This document shows, one piece after another, positions 24,015 to 35,274 of a DNA stretch of 54,659 nucleotides (the stretch's first letter is position 1; the number at the start of each line of letters is the position of its first letter). A model generated the notes under the pieces. The model did not search any database. It was not told the DNA's origin and was given only the letters and a program-made list of their open reading frames with translations. Both the position numbers and the translations under genes were made by a program. Source of the DNA: a virus (lineage: Duplodnaviria; Caudoviricetes); IMG/VR virus record IMGVR_UViG_3300026183_000006, positions 1 to 54,659 of that record; one strand, written 5' to 3'.

Positions 24015-25826
24015 ATGGCTCTTAAACAAATTAATATCGCAGAACTTGATTTCGATGCAATTAAAGACGAAATCAAAGAATACTATAAACGTACCGAGGG
24101 TCCATTTAAAGATTTTGATTTTGATGGTTCAGGTCTTAATTTAATTCTTGATATCCTTGCACACAATACACACTATAATGCTGTACTTGCGCACCTTGCT
24201 GCTAACGAAACATTCATCTCTTCAGCTCAGCTTCGTAAGAATGTTGTCGCCCGGGCAAAATCATTAGGATATACACCAAAGAGTGTTTCTGCCGCTTCTG
24301 TCACTTTAGAATTATCTAACTTAGGTGATGTTACTACCATTCCGGAAGGTACAACATTTACAAGTACCGACACTTTAAACAACGAAAAATATACCTTTGT
24401 TACATTTGAAGAAGCATCCGATCCTGAAAAATTTACTGTATATCAAGGTACGATCAAAACTAAAGAATACCTCTTTGATGATAAAGTAACAAATCTTAAG
24501 TTTGAAATTCCAGATGCTTCCGTTGATCGTTCAAAGATTGTTGTAAGTGTATTTGATTCTGTTTCGTCGACACAAAAAGAAATCTATACTCAATTTTCTG
24601 AACTTCCTGGGATTGACGGTAACTCAACACTTTACTTCATTAACGAAAATCCAAATGGTCGCTTTGAAATCTCTTTCGGTGATGGTGTACTTGGTAAGAA
24701 ACCACTTCCAGGTGCACTTGTTCAAATCAAATATCTTTCGACAAAAGGTGCTGCAGCAAACGGACTATCAGTATTTACTACAAGTGATACATTGTTTAAT
24801 GCTTCATCTCCTACGATTACTACTGAAAATTCTTCATCATCTTCAGGTGGAGGTAGTAAAGAAACAATGGAAAGCATTCGATCAAATGCTCCTCTCCAAT
24901 TTCTTTCACAAAACAGAGCTGTTACAACTGATGACTATAAAACATTAGTTCGTTCAAACTCAACTGCAGAATCGATATCTGTTTGGGGAGGTGAAGATAA
25001 TGATCCTCCTGAATATGGAAAGGTGTTTATCTCAGCTAAACCAAACAATGCAAATACTCTAACACAAGAAGAAAAAGATAAACTGCTTCCTATCTTAGAT
25101 GCAAAAGGTATTCTTACAGTCAGACCAAAAATTATAGATCCTGAATTTACGTATTTGTATTTTGAAGTATTTGTCAATTACAATTCTGCTCTTACAAATA
25201 GAGCTTCCGGTGGAATTTCATCTTTAGTAGAAAGCGGCGTATCAAGCTTTAGCGATGATTATCTTGAAACTTTTGATGGTGTGTTCCGTTATTCACAATT
25301 TTTAGAATATATAACAGATCTAGATCCTGCGATTATTAGTACATATGCTCGTGTCTATTGTCTTAAGAAATTTACCGCAACAACGAATAATACTACGACA
25401 TATAAGTTGGAATTTAATTTCCCACTTGAAACACCCGCTGATCCAACAGAATCTCTTATCTCAACAAGCGGTTTTGTTTATGACGGTATCACATACTACT
25501 TAAAGGATGAAGAATCGTCAACAGCCAATATTAGAAATATCTATCGATACACACTGAGTAGCAATGGTATTGAAATTGTCGATGAGAGAAATGTAGGAAC
25601 TGTCAATACCTCAACAGGTATTATTGAAATTTACGATTTCGACATTAGTTCTAATACTACTATCTCAGTGTTTGCACGACCAGACTCAAATGATATTGCT
25701 CCGAAAAGAAATCAAATTATTGAAATCGATTTAATTAACACTAAAATCACTTCAACAATTGATACAGTCGCAACCCGCGGGTCTGCAGGAGCAAGCAATT
25801 ATGTAACAACACCTCGTGAGAAATAA
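24015..25826 (+). CDS. 6: Baseplate wedge protein gp6
   Basis: ELDFDAIK, DFDFDGSGL, LAHNTHYNA, FGDGVLGK, QNRAVTTDDY, WGGEDNDPPEYGKV. Confidence 0.95.
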   Translation: MALKQINIAELDFDAIKDEIKEYYKRTEGPFKDFDFDGSGLNLILDILAHNTHYNAVLAHLAANETFISSAQLRKNVVARAKSLGYTPKSVSAASVTLELSNLGDVTTIPEGTTFTSTDTLNNEKYTFVTFEEASDPEKFTVYQGTIKTKEYLFDDKVTNLKFEIPDASVDRSKIVVSVFDSVSSTQKEIYTQFSELPGIDGNSTLYFINENPNGRFEISFGDGVLGKKPLPGALVQIKYLSTKGAAANGLSVFTTSDTLFNASSPTITTENSSSSSGGGSKETMESIRSNAPLQFLSQNRAVTTDDYKTLVRSNSTAESISVWGGEDNDPPEYGKVFISAKPNNANTLTQEEKDKLLPILDAKGILTVRPKIIDPEFTYLYFEVFVNYNSALTNRASGGISSLVESGVSSFSDDYLETFDGVFRYSQFLEYITDLDPAIISTYARVYCLKKFTATTNNTTTYKLEFNFPLETPADPTESLISTSGFVYDGITYYLKDEESSTANIRNIYRYTLSSNGIEIVDERNVGTVNTSTGIIEIYDFDISSNTTISVFARPDSNDIAPKRNQIIEIDLINTKITSTIDTVATRGSAGASNYVTTPREK

Positions 25827-26902
25827 TGCATACGTCAATAGCCAATTATAGACCTCCTAATCACGAAAGAGAAAAGGTAAGAGAATTAGTTCCGCAATAT
25901 CTTCGTGATTCTGCAGCAAATCTTATTTCCTTCATGGAGGAATATTATGGTTATTTAAATCGCGAAGGTTATGCATCGTATGAGATTAATCACATCATTG
26001 ATGAGAATGATATTGATGTAACATCTGAAAAATACTTAGATGCTATTCAAGGTGAAATTGCTAAAATTGTTCCTAATTCAAATGTTATTGATAGAAATAT
26101 ATTATATAAAAGAATTATTCATTATTATCGAATAAAAGGTACACCAGAAAGTGTTAGTGTATTCTTTCAAATAATGTTTAATTCATTAATTGATGTATAC
26201 TACCCTGGTGATAATCTATTAAAACTTTCAGCAGGAACTTATAGCGAAGAGTCTTCTGATTACACAAAGTCTTCGGGGTTTCTTTCAGGTAGTGATAAAA
26301 TACAAGATTCAGATTTTTGGCAAGATTTCAGTTATCAAATTAGAACTACTGTTGAAGCTTCAAAGTGGGAAAACTCGTTCTCCCGATTAGTTCATCCTGC
26401 AGGAATGAAGTTTTTTGCATTAGTAAGTATAACATCAATTTCGCGAAGTCGATGGGATCGACTTGAAACATATGAACAAACGCCTGATGATAGCGAAGCG
26501 TGGTTTGCATCTTTAAGACCTCCTAGACTTCGTGGGATCGATTCATATGAAGGATCACACACACCAAAATACCAGCCTGGTTGGTTATCGACATATATTA
26601 ATGAGCTTATCATTTCAGTTGCTGAAAATTATTATGATACTCCGAGCGAACCTAATGAATCGACATTAGATCGCGTAATTAATATTAAAACGAAGTTGCA
26701 ATCTGTGACGACAAATTGGTCAAATCAGATTAACGCTGAACAATATTATGAACGAGGTTTTTGGGATGATCCAGCAGAACTTTCTAATTTGAATATTCTT
26801 CAGGAACCTCTTTCAGTGCTCATCAATGAATATCAACAAGAATACGAAGCAAATAGACTTGAAGCTGAAGAAGCTCCTCAACCTGCTACTATTATTGACT
26901 AA
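25826..26902 (+). CDS. 7: Baseplate wedge initiator, compact gp7-like
   Basis: FMEEYYGYL, YYRIKGT, KIQDSDFWQDFSYQI, LVHPAGMKFF; between 6 and 8. Confidence 0.75.
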   Translation: MHTSIANYRPPNHEREKVRELVPQYLRDSAANLISFMEEYYGYLNREGYASYEINHIIDENDIDVTSEKYLDAIQGEIAKIVPNSNVIDRNILYKRIIHYYRIKGTPESVSVFFQIMFNSLIDVYYPGDNLLKLSAGTYSEESSDYTKSSGFLSGSDKIQDSDFWQDFSYQIRTTVEASKWENSFSRLVHPAGMKFFALVSITSISRSRWDRLETYEQTPDDSEAWFASLRPPRLRGIDSYEGSHTPKYQPGWLSTYINELIISVAENYYDTPSEPNESTLDRVINIKTKLQSVTTNWSNQINAEQYYERGFWDDPAELSNLNILQEPLSVLINEYQQEYEANRLEAEEAPQPATIID

Positions 26903-26926
26903 TTAAAAAATACTGTTAAAAAACAT

Positions 26927-26934
26927 TATAAATA
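26927..26934 (+). promoter_or_regulatory. T4-type late promoter
   Basis: TATAAATA upstream of gp8. Confidence 0.75.
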
Positions 26935-26953
26935 ACTTTAAAGAAAAACAATT

Positions 26954-28513
26954 ATGCCTGCAATTATTACAGACGATTTTCGAAGAAATCAAGCGAAACT
27001 TTTAGTAAACGATATTAAAGCATCAGCTGATTCTAATTTTGATTCACCACCTGGAAACTCAAACGAGAGTACCTGGCCATTTAGAGGTAACAATCGTTAT
27101 TCCATTGGTTTAGGTAAGTCTGATCCGTGGGAAGATAATAGTGGAGGTGCTAGTGAAGGAGATAGCGGATTTGTTGTTCCAACTCCACAGGGAACTATCA
27201 AAGAAGACCATGATGTGATTTCTAACCTTTCAACATTAAAAGATGTTCCACAAAATGGAGTTAAACAACTTATCGCAAAAAACCCTTGGACTTCTGGCAG
27301 AAAATATAAAGTTTACGATGAAGCTGATGATGATATGTTTTATACTACAGGAGAGTTTTATCCTTGTGCAGTAACGTATAACAATAAAGTTTATCTTTGT
27401 CTTTCTAATACTGCAACTTCTGCAGATTTTACTTCAGTCGCTGCTTCAACCACAGCTCCATCTGCTGCTAATAATTACGGAATTAGTTCTAGTGGTGATG
27501 CTCAAGGGTATGTCTGGGCTCATGTTGCTGACATCGATTCAAATGATCCTCTTACAACTAATCAATTTGTTCCTATTAATGGTTCACCCACAGTGTCTGA
27601 TTCTGAGAAACAAAGAACTGGAGGGCTTATTAGCCATATTGGTATCGTTGATGGTGGAAGCGGATATACTTCTGCTCCGTCAGTATCATTAATAGCAGTT
27701 AAATATGACGGAACTCAAGCAGTTACAGCGTTTAATGTTATAGCTAGAGCTATTGTAGAAGGAGGCGTTGTTACACGTATCGACCTTGAAAATGCTGGTG
27801 AAAATCCGGATACTCTTGGATCAGAGAGTTATTGGTCAACTGATGCTAGTGATTATTTAACATCAACTGTAAATGAGCGTATTAAATATGTGACAGTTTC
27901 ATTTAGTGGTGGTGGAGGAAGTGGAGCAAAAGCTTACACAACAGTTGCTCCTGTCGATGGTTTTGCCGCTAATGCAATTAACATTCTTCCAACTTGGTTT
28001 GTTGGTATAAATGTTAATTTTGAAAATTCAGAAAGCGATAATGATTCTGCAATTGTTGATTTTAGACAAGTATCTCTTTTGAAGAACTTCGACCGAGAAG
28101 CCGATAGCGGAGATACTACTCTTGGTGTTTTAGATGCTCTTAAGTATGTTGTTCTAACATCACCAAATACATCAAACATTAATAATCTTTCTCAAGGTGA
28201 TGTTCTTACATGTGGGTCATCAAAATTTTATTTTGATTATTATGATTCCTCTTCTAATAAACTTTACTATCATCAAAATTCTAATGCTGATGTAAACTTT
28301 ATAAATCCTCCTGCTTCGACTGCAGTCACTGAAGCATCTAATGCTATTGGTACTACTGATTCCACAGGTTATAATAGACCTGAGTACAATGCATATGATT
28401 CTCCACCATCTGGTAGTATAACGAACGGAGAAGTTATTTTCCACGAAAATAGAACACCATTTTCTCGAGGTTCTTCACAAACTGAAGAGGTGAAGATCAT
28501 CATTCAATTATAA
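26954..28513 (+). CDS. 8: Baseplate wedge protein gp8
   Basis: MPAIITDDFR, VYLCLSN, GYVW, DFRQVSLL, GEVIFHENR...QTEEVKIIIQL. Confidence 0.88.
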   Translation: MPAIITDDFRRNQAKLLVNDIKASADSNFDSPPGNSNESTWPFRGNNRYSIGLGKSDPWEDNSGGASEGDSGFVVPTPQGTIKEDHDVISNLSTLKDVPQNGVKQLIAKNPWTSGRKYKVYDEADDDMFYTTGEFYPCAVTYNNKVYLCLSNTATSADFTSVAASTTAPSAANNYGISSSGDAQGYVWAHVADIDSNDPLTTNQFVPINGSPTVSDSEKQRTGGLISHIGIVDGGSGYTSAPSVSLIAVKYDGTQAVTAFNVIARAIVEGGVVTRIDLENAGENPDTLGSESYWSTDASDYLTSTVNERIKYVTVSFSGGGGSGAKAYTTVAPVDGFAANAINILPTWFVGINVNFENSESDNDSAIVDFRQVSLLKNFDREADSGDTTLGVLDALKYVVLTSPNTSNINNLSQGDVLTCGSSKFYFDYYDSSSNKLYYHQNSNADVNFINPPASTAVTEASNAIGTTDSTGYNRPEYNAYDSPPSGSITNGEVIFHENRTPFSRGSSQTEEVKIIIQL

Positions 28514-28525
28514 TAAATAAACTTT

Positions 28526-31500
28526 ATGGCAATCACCACATATTCTGACGCTCCGTATTTTGATGATTTCGATCAAGACGATAAGTATTTGCGTATCTTA
28601 TTTCGTCCAGGTAGGAGCGTTCAAGTAAGAGAACTTAATCAGCTTCAATCTAATATTCAAGATCAGATTGATAAGTTTGGCCGTCATGTGTTTAAAGAAG
28701 GTGACCGTGTTTTAGGAGGTTATACGACATATGATTCAAGTATTAGAAGTATTGGTGTTGATCTTGGTTCAACGTCAGTAACTTCAACAGAACTTTCTGC
28801 ATTAGCTGGTAAAGAAATCAATAATGGAAGTAACTGGAGAGCTAAGATTCTAAAAGTAGAATCTGTAGGAGATCCAATTACCGGTTATCGTTTTTATGTT
28901 AAGATTATTGGCGGAGACAGTTTTGATAGTATTGCAGATGAAGATACTTTCGTTCTTTCAGCTGGTGAAGATAGTGTAACAATTGCAGGATCTACAATTT
29001 CAGCTGGAGCTCAATTAGGATCATATGAAACTGATGTTGATGAACTTGCTTACGTTGGCGGTATTTTTCAGGATGAAGGTGTATTCTTTATTAAAGGGCA
29101 TTTTGTTCATACTGATGCGGCGACGGCATTCTATGAGAAAGCAACTTCAACAACTAAATTAACCGGATCTGCTATTTTTGATGTTGTAGAAAGCATTATA
29201 ACAAGTTCCTCAGATTCTTCACTTAATGATAACGCGAATGGTGAGCCAAATGTTAATGCTCCTGGTGCAGATCGTTATAAGATATCTTTAGATCTTAAGT
29301 TTATTCCTTCAGATGATACTAACGTAGCATCTAATCAAAAAAGAATTAAACTTCTAGATGTTAAGGAAGATAAAGTTGTCAATCCTGCCCGCACTGAATA
29401 TAGCGAGCTTGGTAAAGCACTTGCAGAAAGAACACAAGAAGAAAGCGGTTCATACGTTGTCAACCCATTTAAAAACGAAGTTCGTGAATACTTCAACGAT
29501 GAATCCGGTAATCGTGGTAAATATACTGACGATGAAATTTTTAACTCTCCCGGAACTCCTCTTATCTCAGGTGTTACTGATACTGCAACTGCTGAAACTG
29601 AAGGTAAGAAAAGGTATATTGTAGGTGTTGAACCCGGAGTTGCATACGTTCAAGGATATCGCGTAGAGCTTGAAGATAAGCAAGATGTTGTTTGCGATAA
29701 AGGAAGAGAATCTTCCGATGAAGGAACTAAATCTAATTATAAACTTTCAGTCAATCGTGGGCAATTCATTGAAGGATCATTTACTGATTCAGATACTGAT
29801 TTAGAAATCGCAGATGTCGATAGTTTTCTTTTTGCGCCAGATGAGGAGTATAAACTTTTTGCTGATTATAATTCTTCAACCTTAATCGGAACTTGCCGAA
29901 TTCATGCAATTGAAAATACAGGTATCGATAATATTTCTGGTAATTCAACACCAGATGAAACTCAAGCTACTAAAAAACTTTATATTTTTGATATAAAGTT
30001 AGAAGCTGGTAAAAAGATTAACAATGCAAAAGCCCTTGCATTAGATGCATCTGCTACTGACGCTACCTCTAATACAGTTTTACATAATAGTAGTGGCTTT
30101 GAACTTAAAGAAATAACAGAAAACGCTTCTCGCATGGTATATCCACTTGGAGGATATGATATAAAAACTGTTGATGTTTCTAATGCAAAGCGTATCGTTC
30201 AAAAGCGTTATTCAGATGCTACATCGACGACTGCTGGAACTATTACTATTACTGCTGCAGGAAATGATAATTTTACAAGTACAGATCCAGAAGATTACGT
30301 AATTATTCAGAATAACGCCGGAACTGATAGTGCAGATGGAGAAACATTTGCAAAAGATGTTTCAATTGCTGGAAAGGTTGCTACAATTAAACTTCGGCGT
30401 GCAGATGGGGATGAACCGACAGCTGCAAATGTTAATAAAGTTGTTGTGCTTGCTCCTGTTGAAGTACCTACTACACTCGGTATTAAAACGCAAACATCTA
30501 CAACATACACAGAAGCAAGAACATTAGGCCATGGTGATATTATCACTTTAGATAAAATTGATGTTTATAATATAACAGGTGTAACACATAATAGTGTTTC
30601 ATTACCTATTTCAGATTTTGAATTGATTACAGGCCAGAGTGATACTCACTATGGATATTCTCAAGTTATTTACAAAGGATCATCAAGTTTAAAATCTGCA
30701 GATTTGGTTGTTAGTTTTGATCATTATGCCCATACAACTTCTGGGGTGTTTGCAGCTAATTCTTATACAACTGATGGTACGACACTTGTTGATTTGGAAG
30801 ACATTCCACGTTATGAAAATCTCAAACTATCAAATTGTTTAGACTTTAGACAATCAATTGAGATTTCAGTTGAAGGTGGAGAGACCAAACCAAATTCAGT
30901 TTCTGACATCGATTTCACATATTATAAACCTCGCCGTGATATTATTGCATTATCTCAATTAGGTGAACTTAAATATGTAAAAGGTAGTGCGTCTGAAAAT
31001 CCAGTTTATCCTCAAACGCCTTCCGATTCTTTAACACTTTACAAGATCGATAAGCCGGGATATTTGTATTCGCTTAACGATTTAAATATTGAAGCACTCA
31101 ATAATCGTAGATATACGATGAGCGATATTGGAGATCTTGAACAGCGTATTCAAAATCTTGAATATTATACAGCATTATCGCAATTAGAATCTGAAGCTGC
31201 TGAAACGCAGATTAATGACGGTGACGGCCTCCCAAGATTTAAAGGTGGTATTATAACTGATTCATTCAGAGGCCACGGCGTTGGAGATACTAATAGTGCT
31301 GGTTATCGTGCTGCAATTGACCGCGATAACTTTACAGCCCGTCCAATGTATCTTTCTGATAATGCTCGTTGGAGTTATATTAGCGGAATGGGTGCAAATG
31401 GTCTCAGTGTTACTTCTTGGAACGGAGGAAGTATTTCATCAACTACAGCTTATTCCGGAAAACGCAAAAACTCTCTCACACTTGACTTTATTGAAAAGGT

Positions 31501-34159
31501 ATTGGTTGATCAACCATTTGCATCGAATCATATTAGTGTTAACCCATACGATGTTGCAACATGGAGCGGTAACCTTGAACTTTCACCATCTAGTGATGAA
31601 TGGAAAGATGTTAATAATGCTCCTGAAATTATTACTAATATTGATGGTGATAATAGCGCTCTTCTTCAAGAGATTGCCAATAATCCAAATATATTAGGTA
31701 CTGAATGGAACGAATGGGAAAGCCAATGGGCACCAGGCCGCAGAGGCTTAAGCAATACATTTAGTGAAGATGAGCGTATTTCAAGAACACGCGCTCTACG
31801 TAGAACATTCCGTCGAGAGCTTCGCGAAGGTATTCAAACATCTCTTGTGGAAAACTTCCAAAGGGAAGTAATAGATGACAAAGTATTAAATGTCACCTTT
31901 GTTCCATTTATTCGCTCACGTAAAGTATACTTTAAAGCAAGTATGCTTAAGCCGAATACTACATTCTATCTCTATTTTGATGATGTTAACATTACATCTT
32001 ACGCTACTGACGATGAAGCATTTGTTCAATTCGGAGGTGGTGTTGCAGCTGCTGGAGGAACAGACGTAGCAAGATACGAAGGTAAGCAAGGAAGCGATGT
32101 TATGTCACCAAGTGCTTCACCCGCAATTGTATCAGGTATAGTTTCAAACGCTGCTGGTGAAGTTGATGGTTGGTTTGTTATTCCTAATAACGACACTCTT
32201 AGGTTCCGTACAGGTTCACGGCAGGTTAGACTTACCGACAATTCAAACAATAATAGAGTCTTGGAACTTTCTTCTGCTGAAAGTACTTACCATGCAAAAG
32301 GATTGTTAGAAACTCGTCAACAAACAATTCTTTCAACCCGGCAGCTTGTCTTAGAAAGAACACGAGCTCAGGAGAGTAGGAACGTTTTAGTGAGTGAACG
32401 TGTTGTCCGCAGAGATCCTATCGCACAAACGTTTATGATTGGAAATGAGCCAACAGGTATTTTCCTTTCTTCAGTTGATATTTTCTTCCAAGCGAAAGAC
32501 CCAAATCTCCCTGTTGAACTGAGTATTGTCTCTGTTGAGAACGGAATTCCTACGCAAAAGACAATTCCATTTTCAAAGGTAACTAAACTTCCTGCTGACA
32601 TCTGGCCTTCAGGTGTTACTGCAAATGCTACTGCTGCGGTCGAAACAAAGTTCATGTTCGATACACCAATTTACTTACAACCTGGTGTTGAATATGCGAT
32701 TGTTCTTCTTTCGAATAGTGCAAGGTATCGTGTATGGCACGCTGAAGTCGGTGGTACAGATGTTGGAACAAACGCTGAAACTATTAATAAGAATGTCAAT
32801 ATGGGTGTTCTTCTTAAGAGTCAGAATGCTTCAACATGGACACCTGATCAAAATAAAGATCTTAAGTTTACACTAAATCGTGCTGATTTTAAAACAACTT
32901 CTCAGACAGGATTGTTTACTGGACTTTCACCACAAAGAGGCCAAGTTACATACATTAACGTTAGTGACGGAGGTTCTGGTTATATTGCTGGTCCTCCTGC
33001 AATAACTATTGGAGGAGTAACAAGCGGCGGCGCTTCAACACAAGCAACCGCTAAAGCCTTTGTTAAAAAAGGAGGTGTTATTGAATATATCGAAGTTATA
33101 ACAAACGGTGTTGGTTATACAGGGGTTCCTGATGTTGCTATTGCTGCTCCTAGTGAAATCAGTATCCCAGCGCGGGAAACCGAAGATGATGGAGGATGGG
33201 TTGACACGGGAAATAGCCGCATTATCTTACCAAGTCATGTGCTTGAAGCAGCTAATGGCCAACAGTTTACATATAAAAACAATGGAGGAAATACCATTAC
33301 TGGTTTGACGAATAATACAACGTACTTCGCGAAAACTGTTGATTCCAATGGTATTGAAGTTTCACATAGTAGAATAATTGAGCTAAGTACAGCACTGAAT
33401 GGAACTAAGATTACTTTCACAACCGGAGGCTATGGTGGATCAGCACAAACCCTTCTTCCAGTTTCAACAGCTACTGCAACTGCTGAAAAAGATGTTTGGA
33501 AAGCCTCTGCATATCTTCCCATTATTCAAGATATGCTTCTTCCAGAATCAAACGTTGATTACACGTTGAACGATAGTGCAACTGATGCATACACAGTATT
33601 TCCTGGAGAATTAATTTATACAGGTAAGCGTGTTACGCATGATTCTACTAGTGCTCATAATGGTTCTGGTGCAGACCAGTTAAAACTTCAGGCTGAACTA
33701 TCGACAACAGATTCTAGGATTTCTCCTATAGTTGATTTAGATCGTATTTCACTTGTCACATTTGATAACATTGTTAATGATTCAAGCGAGTTTGAAACGA
33801 CAGAAGACGATGGTCAGTGTGCTGCAAGATATATTACAAAAAGTGTAAAACTTGAAACTGCATCTGATCAGGTTGATGTTTACTTTGACGCTGTCCGACC
33901 AAACGAATCTACATCGATTGAAGTTTATGCTAGATTTGGTAATAGAACTTCTGATAATTCTTTCAATGCTATTCCATGGACTAAGATTGAAACAAACAGC
34001 GAAGTTCCAATAAGTTCAAACTATCAATTTGGTGAAGTACATTACGAAGGTTCAGTAGATGAAGAATTTGATCAAGTTGCTATTAAGATTTTGTTTAAGT
34101 CTTCAAACCGAGCATTTGTTCCTGAAATTAAAAACCTTAGAATTATTGCATCGTTATAA
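28526..34159 (+). CDS. Large virion structural protein (DUF4815 / VrlC-like)
   Basis: PYFDDFD, ILFRPGRSVQVRELNQLQS, APGADRYKI, NRRYTMSDIGDLEQRIQNLEYYT, DPIAQTF, KSQNASTW. Confidence 0.85.
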   Translation: MAITTYSDAPYFDDFDQDDKYLRILFRPGRSVQVRELNQLQSNIQDQIDKFGRHVFKEGDRVLGGYTTYDSSIRSIGVDLGSTSVTSTELSALAGKEINNGSNWRAKILKVESVGDPITGYRFYVKIIGGDSFDSIADEDTFVLSAGEDSVTIAGSTISAGAQLGSYETDVDELAYVGGIFQDEGVFFIKGHFVHTDAATAFYEKATSTTKLTGSAIFDVVESIITSSSDSSLNDNANGEPNVNAPGADRYKISLDLKFIPSDDTNVASNQKRIKLLDVKEDKVVNPARTEYSELGKALAERTQEESGSYVVNPFKNEVREYFNDESGNRGKYTDDEIFNSPGTPLISGVTDTATAETEGKKRYIVGVEPGVAYVQGYRVELEDKQDVVCDKGRESSDEGTKSNYKLSVNRGQFIEGSFTDSDTDLEIADVDSFLFAPDEEYKLFADYNSSTLIGTCRIHAIENTGIDNISGNSTPDETQATKKLYIFDIKLEAGKKINNAKALALDASATDATSNTVLHNSSGFELKEITENASRMVYPLGGYDIKTVDVSNAKRIVQKRYSDATSTTAGTITITAAGNDNFTSTDPEDYVIIQNNAGTDSADGETFAKDVSIAGKVATIKLRRADGDEPTAANVNKVVVLAPVEVPTTLGIKTQTSTTYTEARTLGHGDIITLDKIDVYNITGVTHNSVSLPISDFELITGQSDTHYGYSQVIYKGSSSLKSADLVVSFDHYAHTTSGVFAANSYTTDGTTLVDLEDIPRYENLKLSNCLDFRQSIEISVEGGETKPNSVSDIDFTYYKPRRDIIALSQLGELKYVKGSASENPVYPQTPSDSLTLYKIDKPGYLYSLNDLNIEALNNRRYTMSDIGDLEQRIQNLEYYTALSQLESEAAETQINDGDGLPRFKGGIITDSFRGHGVGDTNSAGYRAAIDRDNFTARPMYLSDNARWSYISGMGANGLSVTSWNGGSISSTTAYSGKRKNSLTLDFIEKVLVDQPFASNHISVNPYDVATWSGNLELSPSSDEWKDVNNAPEIITNIDGDNSALLQEIANNPNILGTEWNEWESQWAPGRRGLSNTFSEDERISRTRALRRTFRRELREGIQTSLVENFQREVIDDKVLNVTFVPFIRSRKVYFKASMLKPNTTFYLYFDDVNITSYATDDEAFVQFGGGVAAAGGTDVARYEGKQGSDVMSPSASPAIVSGIVSNAAGEVDGWFVIPNNDTLRFRTGSRQVRLTDNSNNNRVLELSSAESTYHAKGLLETRQQTILSTRQLVLERTRAQESRNVLVSERVVRRDPIAQTFMIGNEPTGIFLSSVDIFFQAKDPNLPVELSIVSVENGIPTQKTIPFSKVTKLPADIWPSGVTANATAAVETKFMFDTPIYLQPGVEYAIVLLSNSARYRVWHAEVGGTDVGTNAETINKNVNMGVLLKSQNASTWTPDQNKDLKFTLNRADFKTTSQTGLFTGLSPQRGQVTYINVSDGGSGYIAGPPAITIGGVTSGGASTQATAKAFVKKGGVIEYIEVITNGVGYTGVPDVAIAAPSEISIPARETEDDGGWVDTGNSRIILPSHVLEAANGQQFTYKNNGGNTITGLTNNTTYFAKTVDSNGIEVSHSRIIELSTALNGTKITFTTGGYGGSAQTLLPVSTATATAEKDVWKASAYLPIIQDMLLPESNVDYTLNDSATDAYTVFPGELIYTGKRVTHDSTSAHNGSGADQLKLQAELSTTDSRISPIVDLDRISLVTFDNIVNDSSEFETTEDDGQCAARYITKSVKLETASDQVDVYFDAVRPNESTSIEVYARFGNRTSDNSFNAIPWTKIETNSEVPISSNYQFGEVHYEGSVDEEFDQVAIKILFKSSNRAFVPEIKNLRIIASL

Positions 34160-34347
34160 TGGATAAAAAATATGTTAGAAAATCTCCCGGTATAATTATT
34201 AACAAAGACCGAGCAGGTTATAATGCAAGAATGGTGGCAAAGAAAAATATTAAAAATCAGCAATCCCAAAGTAAAGAAATTAAATCATTAATGTCTGAAA
34301 TAGAAGAGCTGAAACAATTAGTTAACAAATTAATATTAGATAAATAG
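34159..34347 (+). CDS. Small coiled-coil protein
   Basis: GIIINKD...EIEELKQLVNKL; coupled to the large structural gene. Confidence 0.8.
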   Translation: MDKKYVRKSPGIIINKDRAGYNARMVAKKNIKNQQSQSKEIKSLMSEIEELKQLVNKLILDK

Positions 34348-34352
34348 TAATT

Positions 34353-35270
34353 ATGGCAATGGACTCAACAAATTTCGATACCTTTGATTCACCAGCTGGT
34401 GGTGTAGAGCTTAGTGATAATTTAAACGATTGGCGTAAAAAGACCAATGGTATTATTCAGAAAATTACAGCTCTTCAAGCAGAAGTCGATTCTGGTGATA
34501 TCGATGATAATGCTGTTGTTCTAGGAAAGCTTGAACAAATAGCAAATTTAAAGGTATTAGGAAATATATCTGGTTCTTCTGCAGATGTGAGTGAGGTTTC
34601 TATTCTTGATGAAGATACCTTTTCAAGTAATAGTGCGACTGCATTGGCTACACAACAAAGTATTAAAGCATACGTTGATAGCATTAAGCTCTCTAAAACA
34701 TATAGAATAATTTCTGCGAATGTTGATCGATCTACAACTGGAAATCAATCAGCTGATGAGATCGCGGGTTGTGTTACTTCTACTAGTATTCTGTCACCAG
34801 AGCCCAAGTTTACGGCCGCAGGAATATATGATAGTGATAGTACAAGTGATCCATCATCATTAGACTGGTCAGACATTCTTCCAATGACGTTTGCTTCCAA
34901 TGTAGAAAAAACGATTATTAGAGCACGATGGAATTGGGACGGAGCTGGCGGCAGTGAAGAAATGAGTAACGGAACAATTGTTATTGATTGGGAAAATAGT
35001 AAAATCTTTGGATCTGTTATTACAAATTATGAAAATGAAATTCACATCGTTTTACCACAGACAACAATTTCATCTTCAGCTACTAATTATGACTTTCAAG
35101 ATTATGTTGTAACAGGATTCTCACCGGATATGAGAATCGGTATTACTGGATCAACAAAAACAATTACTAAGCTACCGTGGTTTACACTTTCAAATTCTAC
35201 CAATACTTCAGTTGATGCAAAAAGCCCCGATGAAGCTCAATACGAAATAGAAAACCACATCCGCGGATAA
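34353..35270 (+). CDS. Tail fibre/appendage-like structural protein
   Basis: N-terminal DNLNDWRKKTN, SNSATALATQQSIKAYVD shaft motif. Confidence 0.7.
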   Translation: MAMDSTNFDTFDSPAGGVELSDNLNDWRKKTNGIIQKITALQAEVDSGDIDDNAVVLGKLEQIANLKVLGNISGSSADVSEVSILDEDTFSSNSATALATQQSIKAYVDSIKLSKTYRIISANVDRSTTGNQSADEIAGCVTSTSILSPEPKFTAAGIYDSDSTSDPSSLDWSDILPMTFASNVEKTIIRARWNWDGAGGSEEMSNGTIVIDWENSKIFGSVITNYENEIHIVLPQTTISSSATNYDFQDYVVTGFSPDMRIGITGSTKTITKLPWFTLSNSTNTSVDAKSPDEAQYEIENHIRG

Positions 35271-35274
35271 TTAT

